A stretch of 64,000 nucleotides of DNA from Lingula anatina. Lineage: Eukaryota; Animalia; Brachiopoda. Location of the stretch: assembly GCA_051362555.1 (NCBI GenBank), contig CM120641.1, positions 44,336,401 through 44,400,400 of the forward strand, written 5' to 3'. Both the position numbers and the translations under genes were made by a program. The notes beneath the pieces were generated by a model that did not search any database, was not told the origin of the DNA, and saw only the letters and a list, made by a program, of their open reading frames with translations. Numbering within the stretch: the first letter of the stretch is position 1; every line of letters starts with the position of its first letter. Of the stretch, positions 13,877 through 29,040 are shown in pieces.

Positions 13877-16800
13877 GTGGACAAAAAGATGAAAAACAGA
13901 GAGAACGCAAAAGGATGAATGAGCAGAAAAACAGAGAAAGACGGGTTGATATGGGGTACATGCATGTATCAATATTATCAGCCCATATGAAGGAGATAAA
14001 GAACAGCTACTAGTACCTGTGGTCGCACTCCAAAATAGCATCTGTGCACCCTGAGTAGAAAGGATCACGTCAAAACCCAAGGTGCTGTATGTTTCATATT
14101 CCATTAAGAGTGCTGTTAATTGCACCGCTTGCACTTTTCCAGGTAAATAAACGCATAAACACTACGTTGATTCTCACACGAGGTGCAGGGACTACATATT
14201 TGAAGATTTTTCTCTTACATGATTCAGCTACAGCAGCACATCTGATACATCTGTTCCTTTTCCTCACGAACAAAACTATGAGGATTCTCTACGCAATAAA
14301 CAATTCCCATGATAGAACACAGATTGCCCAATGTCATTGGCCCTGAAAACATTGGCAACCTTGGCAGAACTGAAACTTTTCCAATTTGGAAATTTCATCA
14401 ATTTTCTTAAACGCTTATATTAGTAACTATGTCTGTTTAAAATATTGAAGAACAATAACAGGCCTTATAAAATTATACGGCGTTTTCGAACTCGAGCCTA
14501 AGAAGTGTGACCAAATAATCCTGGGTTTAACTGCTGAGTGGAGAAATTATTTAATTTTACACAGGTATGTTCATGGTGCGGGGCTACCTCTTGTTCTTAA
14601 TGTTTATGAGACTTATAACACCCGCTCTGGCGGTCTTCGTAGTCTCTCAAAAACCCTTCTGCAGAACGCCTGTACAGATCGAAGCCTCTTTTGGCAGCCT
14701 CACTACTGAGTAGTGATAAACATCCTAAAAACTCCTTTTCTGATCTGTGCAAATCTTCGTTTCTGTAACATTTTCAAGTATATGGTTAAAACCCTAGCAC
14801 ATGCGTTTATGCCAGTCAATTGGGCGTGGGCAAATCAGATTAATCATATTGATATTTTAAGTGTTGATTGATATAAACACTTTTCTAATAATAGCTCAAA
14901 CGGGATTCCTTCTTCAGCTTGAGAGAAAACTCCTGCTGCAGCATCATGGGAATCGCTATGGTCCATACTCATACATGTAGAACATAGTGTAAATTTCTAA
15001 TTCTATCTACCTTTTTTCAACAAGAACGAAGGTGGCAGAAAAAAATTATTTTAATAGCTGAATACATGCACTTTTCGAACACCGTATCCTCGCGGACAAA
15101 GGTGCGTTGAAAAAAATTCCCAGTCAATGAAGCAGTTTAAATAAAGAGTAATAATCAGCACATCTGAACACCCAGAGCTTCAGTATCCCAGTGTCAAAAC
15201 AAAGAAAAGCAAACCCATGCTGTAATCCTGGTAATACAGTACTTCCAGGAAACACGCTGTCGTCCTATGCTATATTACAGCAGGTGCGTGAAATCCACGT
15301 ATTTCCGGCAGCTAGACAGTGCGTGTCTGAATAGCCGCGTTGTTCACCGAGGTTATCAGCCTCTGGTTCTTATTTTGTCTCTTTAAGGCAATTTAGTGTG
15401 CTGACTTATTATAGAAAACTATGCAACTTCGTTAAAACGCAGGTCACACTATTTCAAAACGTACGGTAGTACATGTAAGTGATTTGATCACCTGTCCTCT
15501 AGTCTAACAATAATTTATTTGAGCTGCTAATTGAAGAAGGTATCAATATAAAAAAACACCGGCTCTTTTCCAAACTCGATGAATTCTTTATTCACTTACT
15601 TCTAAGTCATGATGCTGATCATTGGCAAGGCAGCGTAAATCTCAAACAAAGATCACTCAAGATAGCTAATAATACAGATAATACTATATACATTTAATTA
15701 CATTGAATACCGCGCTGTCAGATGTGCATTGCTTATTTTCAAAACACCACAATCCGGAAATCTTTACAAATATGAAGCATTATGTGTTGCTGCATTCTTG
15801 TTTATATTGAAATGGGTCTTTTAGCGTGCTTACATTACCCTATTAGTGATGAAAATGATTGATACATGTACAGACTTATGTTCTGGCCTCATCACAAGCT
15901 TAGTTCATCGGTGTTTTAGTTGGAGAACATTTTCAAGGCGAAATTCTGATAATAATGAATAGACTGAATGTGAGGGGTCCAGACAGCTTCATGGCTGCAT
16001 TTTAGGGAAATATGCCATACGGTAGTAGTGTGACCTGGTGTACCCCTTTATTGATAGAAACAAAGAAATATTTCGTAAAATTTGAAGACACGCAGTTACT
16101 GAGACGCGGACTAGTTAGCTGTTAATAAACAAACATCATGATGGCATCTTATACTCTCTCAAGTGACGATATGGAAAAAGCGAAAAAAAATCTTACTCGA
16201 GGAGAGTAAAGAAGGATGAAAGAGATCCCACATAACTACATACCAGATCATGCATGCAACAAGAATTGTAAGTTTTCCTTCAATGCGATGCACTATGCTG
16301 GTGTATTTATTTACAAATTCATGACAAAATTGGACATTTTTATAAATAAGATATCCTTCGCTAAACCCTAGGATTCAAGATAGCTTAACCTTAATTTTAA
16401 GAATAACCACCACACAATAAAATACCTTCATTTCTTATACAGCAGTCTATGAAAATTATCCATTTAGTTTCCAGAGAATGATTCTAAGATCACTAAAACG
16501 CATCTAGCCCAGGTGAATCAAATTCTATAGCCTTTTATGGTATGGTCATCATTTCATGGAATGAGGTTCAGTACCTGTAGGCAGATATTCGATGGACATA
16601 GTTAGAACCTAAAATAAATGAATGTATTCTTTATTGATTTTATATATAACGAGCAATCAATCATAACACCAGCAAGCTTCACTCCTCAGGATCTGTATTA
16701 ATATAAAAAAGCATCTGAACCCCCCCGCCCCCCCCATCCCCGCCCCCTATATCAGAGGTCACTGGAAGTGACTGGAAGTGATCTCTATCATAAGAGGCGT

Positions 16801-16890
16801 GCTGATTAGAAAGACTAATTTCCAGTATTCCTTGACTTTCCTCCATCCATTCCAAAATATTCTAATACAGGACGATACATTTTATCTAAA
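13525..16890 (-). pseudogene. Possible highly decayed SLC13-like (Na+/carboxylate transporter) relic
   Basis: Collinear weak peptide fragments on the minus strand (EYWKLVFLISTPL, VTLLPYGIFP*, FALKM, LCLRFTLP, AQLTG, GPMTLG, SPFTLP) broken by stops and frameshifts. Identities are low. Confidence 0.25.
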
Positions 16891-17281
16891 GGTATATATT
16901 ATAATTTAAAGCTCATAGCTAGGCTTTCAATTAAATTTAGTCCAACAAGTGAAAAGCTGTAATATTAAAATTAACACCATTTGAAAAATTATCTCTTGTG
17001 AAATATCAGCTAAACTGAGATTGATCGTCATTATTTTAGATCTTACTTGTCAGTTACTAACTACGCTTTAATAGCTTCAGTATACCGTAAATATCATACA
17101 CTTATTACAGTGTAACATTCTGCAAGATCAACCAAATAAACAAAACCGTACCTTAATGCACCGGGGTCGGTCATGTCGGCACTAAGCGTCTTAAACAAGT
17201 GTGATGTCTGAGAAATTAAACCACGATGAAGGAGAAATAAGGAAAAGAATGAGTTTTCTCAATGACCTATTTCCATGAAAC

Positions 17282-17318
17282 GTCACCATGGTAACGGCTT
17301 ATGCGTTACCATAGCGCC
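17282..17318. promoter_or_regulatory. Paired RFX X-box-like motifs in a CpG-rich island
   Basis: GTCACCATGGTAAC (17282-17295) fits the X-box consensus GTNRCC-AT-RGYAAC. A second, weaker site GTTACCATAGCGCC lies at 17305-17318. Confidence 0.5.
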
Positions 17319-18700
17319 CGAGTAGCCTAGGAGCTTGCCTTATTGGAGAGGTTTGAACGTCCGAAATAGGTGATCTACTCGTCTGCTACCCAGGTAACTT
17401 TGCGCGCGCCGTACCTTGCCCTCCGTGAGCGGCGGTTACCTGTCGGGAATGTAAAGCGTCCAAAGCGTCTGTATTTGGTGAAATTAGTAATTCGGCACCC
17501 TGCTAATCCGCTGGTGAAATAGCTACTCTTACCACAGTCATATTTTATTCACTGCTTGAATAGTAAAACCATGATGTAATCTTTATCTGATTCTTCACAA
17601 CGACTACTATTTCAACCTCTACTGCGTTTAACCCTTGCCGGATGAAGATATAGAGTGAATGTTCGTCACTGTCGTTGCATACACATTTCCCTGGTATTTT
17701 TCAGCAATTCAATTCAACATGAAATAAATAAAATGCATTCTTTACATGAATTAAAGCAGAAATAATAGATTCACGACAGAGAATAAAGTTCTGCGGAGTT
17801 TTAAGATGCGGAAATATTTTATACTTCTTGCCCATTAAGTCATATCTTTTGAATTTACTGAGCCGCAATTGGAAGTAGTAAAACATCACTAAAAAGTCGG
17901 AGTGGAATAGTTTAGAAATAAGGGGGATAGAACCTATGCAGCTTTTATAACATAAAGCTGTCTGCACATTCTAACTCAAGCATATTCTTCCGAAATATTC
18001 CAACTGCGATCGCTTGAAAATGTTATCACACTTGAATAAAATTTCAAACGCCAATTCAAAGATGGGTAAAATGACTGGCATTCAATTACGTAATCATTTT
18101 CTGTTAGGGCATGAGAGAGCATATTTTTAAAATATGAAATTTTATTAGGAAAGTCCCTACTTCAAAACTCCATTTTCTGGCTGGAGTGTTTGCATAATCA
18201 GACAAAGGTGTATAAACAAAAACAATATGGCTGATGATACAATTTGATTCCCAGTGATCGAATGCACAACTTGCCTATTATCCTCTTCTGATTGTCAGAC
18301 ATCAAGTGATACATAGTACATAAAGGAGAATGAGCAAATAATGACCATTAACAATAGCATGTAAGCATCGTTAAATGAATAAGTTCAATACACGTGAATC
18401 TCTGGGGATTTCTAATGGTAAGAGGTTAACATTATTCCAATGCCTAAAAGGGTACTCGTACGGAAACACGCATGTTAAGCCTTAAGCTTGAGCTTAACAC
18501 TGAGAATGTTGACATAATTACCATGGTAACGAAACCCGCTGCGTTTCCGTCCGTCTCTCCCGGCAAGAAAACGGCCCGTCTTGCAGGACCAGATATGGTT
18601 TTGATGAGGTGCGCAAATGCTCCTGGGTAGAGGGAAGAACCTGGCTGCAGAAAATTAGGACACTCCTCGCCGGCTTAACACAGGGAACTAATGGGGCCTT

Positions 18701-18819
18701 CCATATTTGGCACACAGGGATCCATATATGGGGCGTAGTTGTACGAATTTGCCAGCTTTTTCCAGGAAGAAGTGAGCCAGCGAGAGTAAAAAGCCGGGTG
18801 CCAGAGGAGCAGTACATAA
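18701..18819 (+). promoter_or_regulatory. Actin proximal promoter: two CArG (SRF) boxes and a TATA-like element
   Basis: CCATATTTGG at 18701-18710 and CCATATATGG at 18722-18731 are perfect CC(A/T)6GG. TACATAA at 18813-18819 lies about 100 nt upstream of the ATG. Confidence 0.75.
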
Positions 18820-18913
18820 GGGGCGTCCAGTCAGGTAGACGTGAGCACACATCCCGTGAAAAGCACAGCTTCATTTTATTTCTTGATCTTCATCATCAAA
18901 CACAACAGTCAAC

Positions 18914-21236
<2,323 letters not shown>

Positions 21237-24200
21237 ACTAACTCTGTCTCTAGCTTTTTTAATCAAAATCATCTTTCTTCTTTCTCTGAACTACAGCCCT
21301 TTGTGATAATTGGTATGTGCTTCAGTGACTCTCGACGTCGCATCTTTCTCTTCAACATGTGTCTACTCTTTAACGGTAGACTGTGACTTTCTCGGGACAA
21401 ATGTTAGGTTAGAATCCGCTGGACTGGTGTGTCAAATGTGGACGTAGTATCAATTGTAGATTTCCTTGTCAAAGTGGACTAGATCTGGATAAAAAGGGCA
21501 GGTTTTTTATTTTCAAAAAGGAAATCGGCGTAACAAAAAGTAAGTTAAAGAAATGCGTGCGGTAACCTTAAGGTCAAGAAACACAATAACCAAAAAACTT
21601 TGAGACCACTGCCGTATCTGTGAAGAAAAAACAAGGATCACAAAACTTTTGTACGATGTTGTAAGTGCAATCTCAAGTTTTTAATAAAATGTACACCTAT
21701 AACTGTTTGTGCTCTCTTTGTTATTTGTTTCATATGGATATCAGTATAATATTGAACACATAACACTATGGTAAAATAATGGTAATGAATAGCGCGAGTC
21801 TATCAATTTTATCAAAATTCGTGAAATTGGAAATTCCTTTATACCAATGCAATATGCACGTTTATATAGAACTACATGCGTTTATAATTAACCATATTTT
21901 TAACGTTAATGTTATTCTTCAATATTTTCATTCTACACAGCTAATATTGCAAACTACAACAAGAATAAATTTAAGCGCAGGAAAAGACCACAAAAATAGA
22001 GTTTACGCGCTAATATAGCAGACAATACTAGAGTGCCGTTAGACACTGATACATCGTGAATTCTGGTAACGTTCGCTCTCAGACGATCATTGAAACGTGG
22101 CCCTTAAAAGGCCTCTTTATTGAAAAACGATCTCTCACAAGGTGAACAAAATCAAGGTGGGGTTCGGGTATTTTTGGAAATATATACCTCTGAATATTTC
22201 ACATGCTATCTTTATCTAGAGCCACTTATGGCATCTTTCGTAGCACCTGGTAAATCGATCTGAGGGGCGCCACCGTGCTCGTCCTTACAAGATAAGCTAA
22301 CAAGCAAACTTTTATGCTGAATGAGCAGATTATCAGATGAATCGACAAGTCGCTTAGTCATGAACGATTAATTACGTAGTTTTGAAATTGATAGCGTTTA
22401 TGTAGAGCGTCTGAAACATGCACCGAAACATGCACTGTAGCCCACATAACAAACAAATAAGGTTGTTTCTCGTAATGATACCAGCTCTTTTGACTATCTT
22501 TTCGTCAAAGATACAAACAGTATTTAAATCAACGATATTAACATTGCTAATTGAGAGGTTATAGGTCCGTTTCCTTTTCAAACCCCTCCACTCGCGCAGC
22601 ACCCGCGAAGACAATATATAGCAATATCATTAATGGCTGATACTGATACCCAGTGATATCAATGAAATCTGTAGTTAAGAACAGTTGTAAGAATTAATTC
22701 TTATTACTTGCGCGTCCTCACAAAAGAATATAAAACGGGAGTTAATCTTTACTTTGAGACCTTTTTTGGGTTATTTTAACCCAAGATAGCAGTAGCACTC
22801 GTACTCGGCTTAAACAGAGCATTGCACCTGCTTCATGGAAATAAATAGCTTAAATTTTAGATTAACAGTTGCTTTATTTTAGCCAACTTTTATGGCTTAA
22901 TCCTGAATTTAAGAAGACCACAATTCTCGGTCTTAAGTTTGCTTGTGAAACCCGCCCCTGGGTTCAACGCATCCGCTATGAACAAACGCGGCGGAGTTTC
23001 CAAAAAAGGTGAGAAGCCGGTGGCGCCCAGGTGTACGTGTGCATGCCAGACCAATCACTTCATCCACCTCGCCTGCTCCTCAAACCGCCATCTATCACTG
23101 CTGAATTCTCAAAATGCTGTAATAAATTCAGACAAACTTGAGATCAGTGCACACGGTGAGACGTTTGCGGCTTGCATTGCTCAATGCGACTCAATGTACT
23201 TGGATTATAATTTTTAGTTCTCAGTAAATGTTGTTATTTTGCGCCTTGGCATTCCCTGTATTCCCTGTATTCCCACTATTATAGGGCTAATGGTCGGTAC
23301 TGGTCATACTGCCCGGTAGTGAGCAATGTATCAATGATCTTCGGGCTCGGGTGTAAATTAAGAGAGTCGTTATAAAGCCAACCTTCAGTTTATGAATAAT
23401 TTCCAACGGGACTCTTATGTCTTGTAAACTTAGCAAAATCTAAGAAGACAAAAGAGTGAAGGATATGATTAACTTAGCCAGACAAAAATGAAAAGCTCTC
23501 AAGAGAGACAGGTGAACTTGAAACCATGGACATAATAACGTTATTATGTCCAAGTTGAAACCAACGTCTCGTCAACGCCGCGACATCGAACTTTCTTTTA
23601 AAAATATGCTGCTTGGTTATTTGCAGTCACTCATTTCCTTTAGTGTTGTTGCAATATATCAAACGGCCAATTATTTGATAAACCCTGCTCAACTGTTCTT
23701 TGGCAACGGTAGATGTATGGACGCTTTAATGTGATTGCGATTGCTGTGAAAAAATGCAATGCCAGACTAAACCCTTCACGTGTAATGTGATTCCTTTCAC
23801 ACCCAGTAATCGAAATTGGCCATTGCAAGGTGAGTCGAAAAGGCAATATTTAAATTCCATATTTATACAGCAAATAATCGTGCGAGGACACTTAAAGAAT
23901 AAAGGACCCCAAACAGAGACCGTGCTTTCTATTAAAAGTAACGACCTAGTAAATAATGGAGTCAAAGAGGAACAACAAAAAACCTTTTCAGCACCTCGGT
24001 AATAAGTCTGCAATGTTAATTAAGAAAAATACGTCCTTTTGCTTCTAACAACGTAATTTGAGTTGGGGAGATCTGCAGGATTATAGACTTACCAAATTGA
24101 AAATGGCATTGAAGTGTGCTGCGTGCCGTGGGGACGGTATCCACGTGTCACGAGTCTAGCGCGAGATGTCAGCGGTTGACGCAGTAATGCATCTTTTTCG

Positions 24201-24853
24201 GTCTATTATACATGGAGAAAAATGTGAACTCAGGTTTCACTCCCCGAGGGCCTATCTGGTGACGCTGTCTGAGATATGAAGGAGGCCGGGTTGCCATTTT
24301 CAAGTGTCTTTACTGCGCACACGTACTGGGCACAGGGAATGTTGAAAAAAAGATAAATGCAGTCGACGACCGTTTTGTGCTGGTCCCGCTCACGCATTTT
24401 AGTGTGTTCGTCACATTGACTTCAAAGCCAGTTACGTCAGTCCTAAAATTTTCAGTTGTTTAAAAATATTTCACTTCCCCTGTTAACATACATGGGCCAA
24501 ATCATGCCCTTTTTTTCGTCGAAAACTTATGATCCCATTTGTCAACAGTGATCGAAAAAACGTGAGCGAATTTGTCATTTTCACTACTTCTAACCGATTG
24601 GCCATGTACAAACAATTTTCTGGTCAGCGCCTTCTGGTGATATACATTGAAGTCAAATAGTTTGTTTTATGCGGTGAATGCGGTTCTGTATGACGAATGT
24701 GGTGAGGTCTGGTGGCGATAGGAAACCCATTAATTCGATGCGGTCACTGGCGACCGGACTGGGGCCACTGTAAAAACCGTTATAGAAACAAAGGCGAGGT
24801 TGTCGCGGACAATAGCTACACGTAGAAGCTGCCAAGGCGTACAGAAAACGGAG

Positions 24854-27800
24854 ATGAGCAACAGACGGCTTTCTATTATTCTTCTGAAGTTGCTGTGTAT
24901 TCTACACATCGTTCCTTGTTCTTTTGCGAACGGAGGCTTTTACAAGTGCCACCCTAACAAAATTGCAAGCTGCAAACAATGGAGCAACGGGACTTATCTC
25001 CCCAACTTGTTCGGTGAGGTGAAACAGGAGGCGATATCGGAGAAGTTGGCTACATTCCTGCCAAAAATCAAGCCACATTGTTCCATGTTGCTGGAGCATT
25101 TCGTGTGTTCTATCTACGCCCCGCCGTGCATCGACGGGCTGGAATTTCCCGTTCCTCCATGTAAGAGTTTGTGTATGTTCGCCAAGGCAGGCTGTGAGCC
25201 GCTGGTGTCAGCCTTAGACCCGAGCGTGTCCCTTATGATGGAGTGCGACAACTATAGAGATGACACGTTGTGTCTCTCGTCCATGATACAACTAAGACGT
25301 AAGTTGGTAAAGAAACATAGTTAAAAAGGTTTTTTTCTTTAGAACAAAGGCGGAGTAGTTGACAAAATTGTCTGTGTAAAATTCTTTTTATCATCTGTCT
25401 TCTTTTGCGTGGCGCGTTAACTCCATTACTCTGTATGAATATGTCAGATTATTTCATAAATTCTTTGTTGGTAGTTACTCATGGCTGGCTGACTGGTAGT
25501 ATGAATCTAAATAATTGGTATGTAATAGAGAGAGAGAGAAACTAGCACAGCATTTATTTTGCTTTCTTCGTTAAGATGCATGGCAGAAGGCGGCAGACGG
25601 AGTAAACACAAAACCAGAATTTCAAAATATGTCGGCATATCGACTCAAAAGTAAAAAAAAAACACCTTTTGCAGACCTGAAGTTGTCCTTAAACTGAATG
25701 ACAGAGAAAGCGAACCGTGATCTGCGTTTCACGTGGTTCCATTAAGCGTCACTTTTTTTAAATCCTTAAACCCGATAACGCTGTACTTCACACAAAAAAC
25801 ACTCTATATACGCCTTAGAGATATTCTACGCTGGTCCTACTTGTTGATGAAGATATTGGACGAGACAGCTAGTGAGTCACTGAAGGATGTCGTTGTCTCA
25901 GGAATCAAATCCCAACCTTAACATTAAATCACTGCTATTAGATGGCCTCGGATAATAATTCAAGTTTAGAATTCAGAGTGACAAGTTGACACGTTATAAT
26001 GAAGTGCACCGCAATATCACATATCCACACGGCATGTCACGCCACTAAGTTAAGTTCATCATATTTTATAACTTTTGGCTATTTTTTCCGTTTCACATTA
26101 ATAGAGACATTTAAAGAATAGCATTTTTATTACCAAAGTATTTCGAATCGTTTTTTTCTATTTTAAGTCTCAAAACAGAATTACTTAATTAATGATGGTA
26201 CCATCAGTTCGAAAAGACACCCCCCCCCCCAGGTTCATGCAAAGACTTTAATGGATATGTTTTCCGCAAGGTTGAGAATTTCGGTAACCCTAGAAAATAG
26301 GGGTAGGATCCTTATTTAAGATGAATAGGAAGTGGCATGCGAAACATTCAAGTTGAACTTCAACACTGATAATCTTTTAAGGTCAAATTGAGATATCAGT
26401 CAGTTTTGTAGTCTGAAAATCTCCTTACAGCTACTATTCATGAACGGTAACTTCATACATGTGCATTTATATTAAAATAGTGAGTGACACTGGGGGTAAC
26501 CTGAAGTGTCCTATTGATTCATTTTACTATTTTAAAGACGTATATTAGGTCTTATTTCATAGGCCAATTCTTAAAACCCCATTTTTAGTTCTAAGTTTCA
26601 TGGTTTTAACTCAATCTCGTAATGGAGACAGAGACTGATAGAAATTTAGATATCGTCATTTTCTCAACGGTTTTGAATGATAAAGGAGAAGTGCCTGAAA
26701 CTTCCACGGTTTTTATCTATATAGAGGTTTAAGGAGCATCGTGTGTTTGTCAGCCAAAATCTCAACCGCCTGGGGCACATGTCTGGTGAGCAGTCAAACT
26801 TCCACCGCAAGATTGTAGGGGATGAGAGAATATTAACTAAAGCTGGCGATCACAATGCCTTGCTTGTAGTACTACTCCCGTATGAAAAATGAAACTGACT
26901 GCATTCAACTTTAGACTGCTTGAGTTTAATAAACAATAGTTCACAATGCTGCTCTTTGAGTGCGAGTCAAAAGGGTGCTCGCTCGTTGCGACTGCTGTGA
27001 CGGAAGCACCCATAACGCATTCATACAGACGCAGCTGACCAGAAGAATAATATTAGCAGAGAGAGGAGGGAGGAGGGGTCAAAGAAATGACCAAAAGTTA
27101 AGCAAACAGTAAATGTTTTTACCCTTGGAATCTGATCTTGACTTCCAGTTTGGACCCAACTGTCTGCTTTTATTTTCATACACAAAATTTAAACTCGCGG
27201 ACAGCGTTCTAATCGATGAACGGGGCACAGTCGACACCCTGGGGCGAGTAAACTGAGTTTTAGATCCGATTTCACGCTCTCTGCTGAACGGCTTCGACTC
27301 GCTCTATCAGGCAAATGCCTTATTGCACGGCTTATGATATGTTTAATGGCCTTTTTCTTTCTTTCTTTCTTTCTTTCTTTGAAAATTGAGGAATCCTATA
27401 TGCATATGGTCTGTTAACTCATCTTGACGCCAGGTGTGCGCGTATATATATTTCCCTAAGAAATTCTAAGGACCCCTCAAGCTCACGCTCATTATAATGT
27501 AGCATTTTTTGTACTAATACATTTAAGGGTACAGCTTAGGCGTTTTCTTCATCTGACCACCTCAGAAAGGTTTAAAATAGACTCTCATGAAACATCAATG
27601 CCTTGTCCGGGTTTTTCTTTTCGACTATTTTTCGTACAGAAAATGGAGTTGTTTCAAATGACAACCGATTTAAATTGAACCAGTAATGGGCTACATTTTC
27701 CTATGGAGTTACTATTAGAAAAAAGCAAAATTGCTTGTCGCTACCAATGACTGACACGGTGCGAATACATGTAGGGGTTAAGAACAACAGGATTGATTTC

Positions 27801-28069
27801 TAGAATTTCAAGAATAACACGTTTCTTCTCTCCTCTCCTCTCTCTCTCTCATCTTTAAAAATCAGATATTTTGTTTAGTAAATATAAAGACATGGAGAGT
27901 TTTGCTGTAATACGTGTATGTAGGGCACAGAGATGGAAAAATTTGCTTGGTTTTGTCTCGTGGTGTTTTTTAAACTGTTTTTTCCTTTGGAATATGAGAT
28001 GGGAGAGAAGGGACTACCTCTGTTTACGAAACCGTTGCATAGCCCCCCCCCCCTTCCCCTCCTCACAAA

Positions 28070-28112
<43 letters not shown>

Positions 28113-29040
28113 CATTGGCTGTATTTGAGTCTCAGTTCAGCATGCATTTGGATATGATGTAAATTATATTCACAATCGATTGCTATTCATTACAGTAGCA
28201 TATATATCATTCATTATCCTCTCTTTGTGCACGTAGATAGTCCAAGCGCAAACAGTCGTAAATGCATTTTGTTTTTCTTTACTTTTCCGGACCCTATAGG
28301 ACCCCACACTGCACCGAGTCCCCCAGGGCCACTTACTCTAAAACCTATAGATTCTCGGACTCTGTTCATATCATGGGAACCTCATAGAGAGCCGGTGACG
28401 GGCTATCATCTCTGGACCAAAGGCAAGAAGGGGAACAAGGACCTCATGTTAGGACCCGAGGCTCGAAACTACACGTTGAAGGGGCTAAGTACGCATTGTC
28501 AAAATAATAATAATAATAATAATAATAATAATTACAATAATAATAATTTACATGACAGTGAGGTTTGTTCAACCTGAATTTTAGAGATAATTGGAAAATA
28601 CGAAGGCGTGCTGACAAGAGAAATAAGTTATCTGCATTCTCTGAAACTCAAGGTGGATTTATGTTACTTTTAAAGTATTTTCTCCTCCCCCGCCTTTTTT
28701 TTCAATTGATTTTTGTTCCGTTTGACTTATTTTCTGAAGAATCCTTTGTCAAATTTGGATAATCGCTAATGCATCTGTAATTACAGTTTGCCTCAAATAT
28801 ATTTTTAGAAACGCACCAAGTAACCGGGAATCTTTGGCAATTATGAGGACAAATTCTTCAAAGATGAATTTCAATTGCTGTAGACATCTAACAAGAGTCT
28901 AAAACAAAAAGAAAGTTTCTAGACTATTATAGATAAGACTTCTTGTTGTTTTTCAGGGCCTAATGCAAAGTATCGAGTGAAGTTGTCTGTTTTTAATGGA
29001 GCCGGCGAGAGCGATTTTACTTACAAGAAAATCGTGCTAC
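24854..29040 (+). CDS. Secreted Frizzled-type CRD + fibronectin type III protein (exons 24854-25298, 28300-28488, 28957-29040; terminal exon unresolved)
   Basis: Signal peptide MSNRRLSIILLKLLCILHIVPCSFA. Ten-Cys CRD (CHP..C..TYLPNLFG..C..FVCSIYAPPC..PPCKSLC..AKAGCEPL..C..C). Phase-1 introns join an FN3 domain: PSPPGPLTL...ISWEP...GYHL...YTLKGL|RPNAKYRVKLSVFNGAGES. Confidence 0.85.
28074..28109. repeat. (CA)n microsatellite
   Basis: Seen directly. Other microsatellites: (GA)n 2609-2644 and 13842-13873, (AAT)n 28503-28547. Confidence 0.95.
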
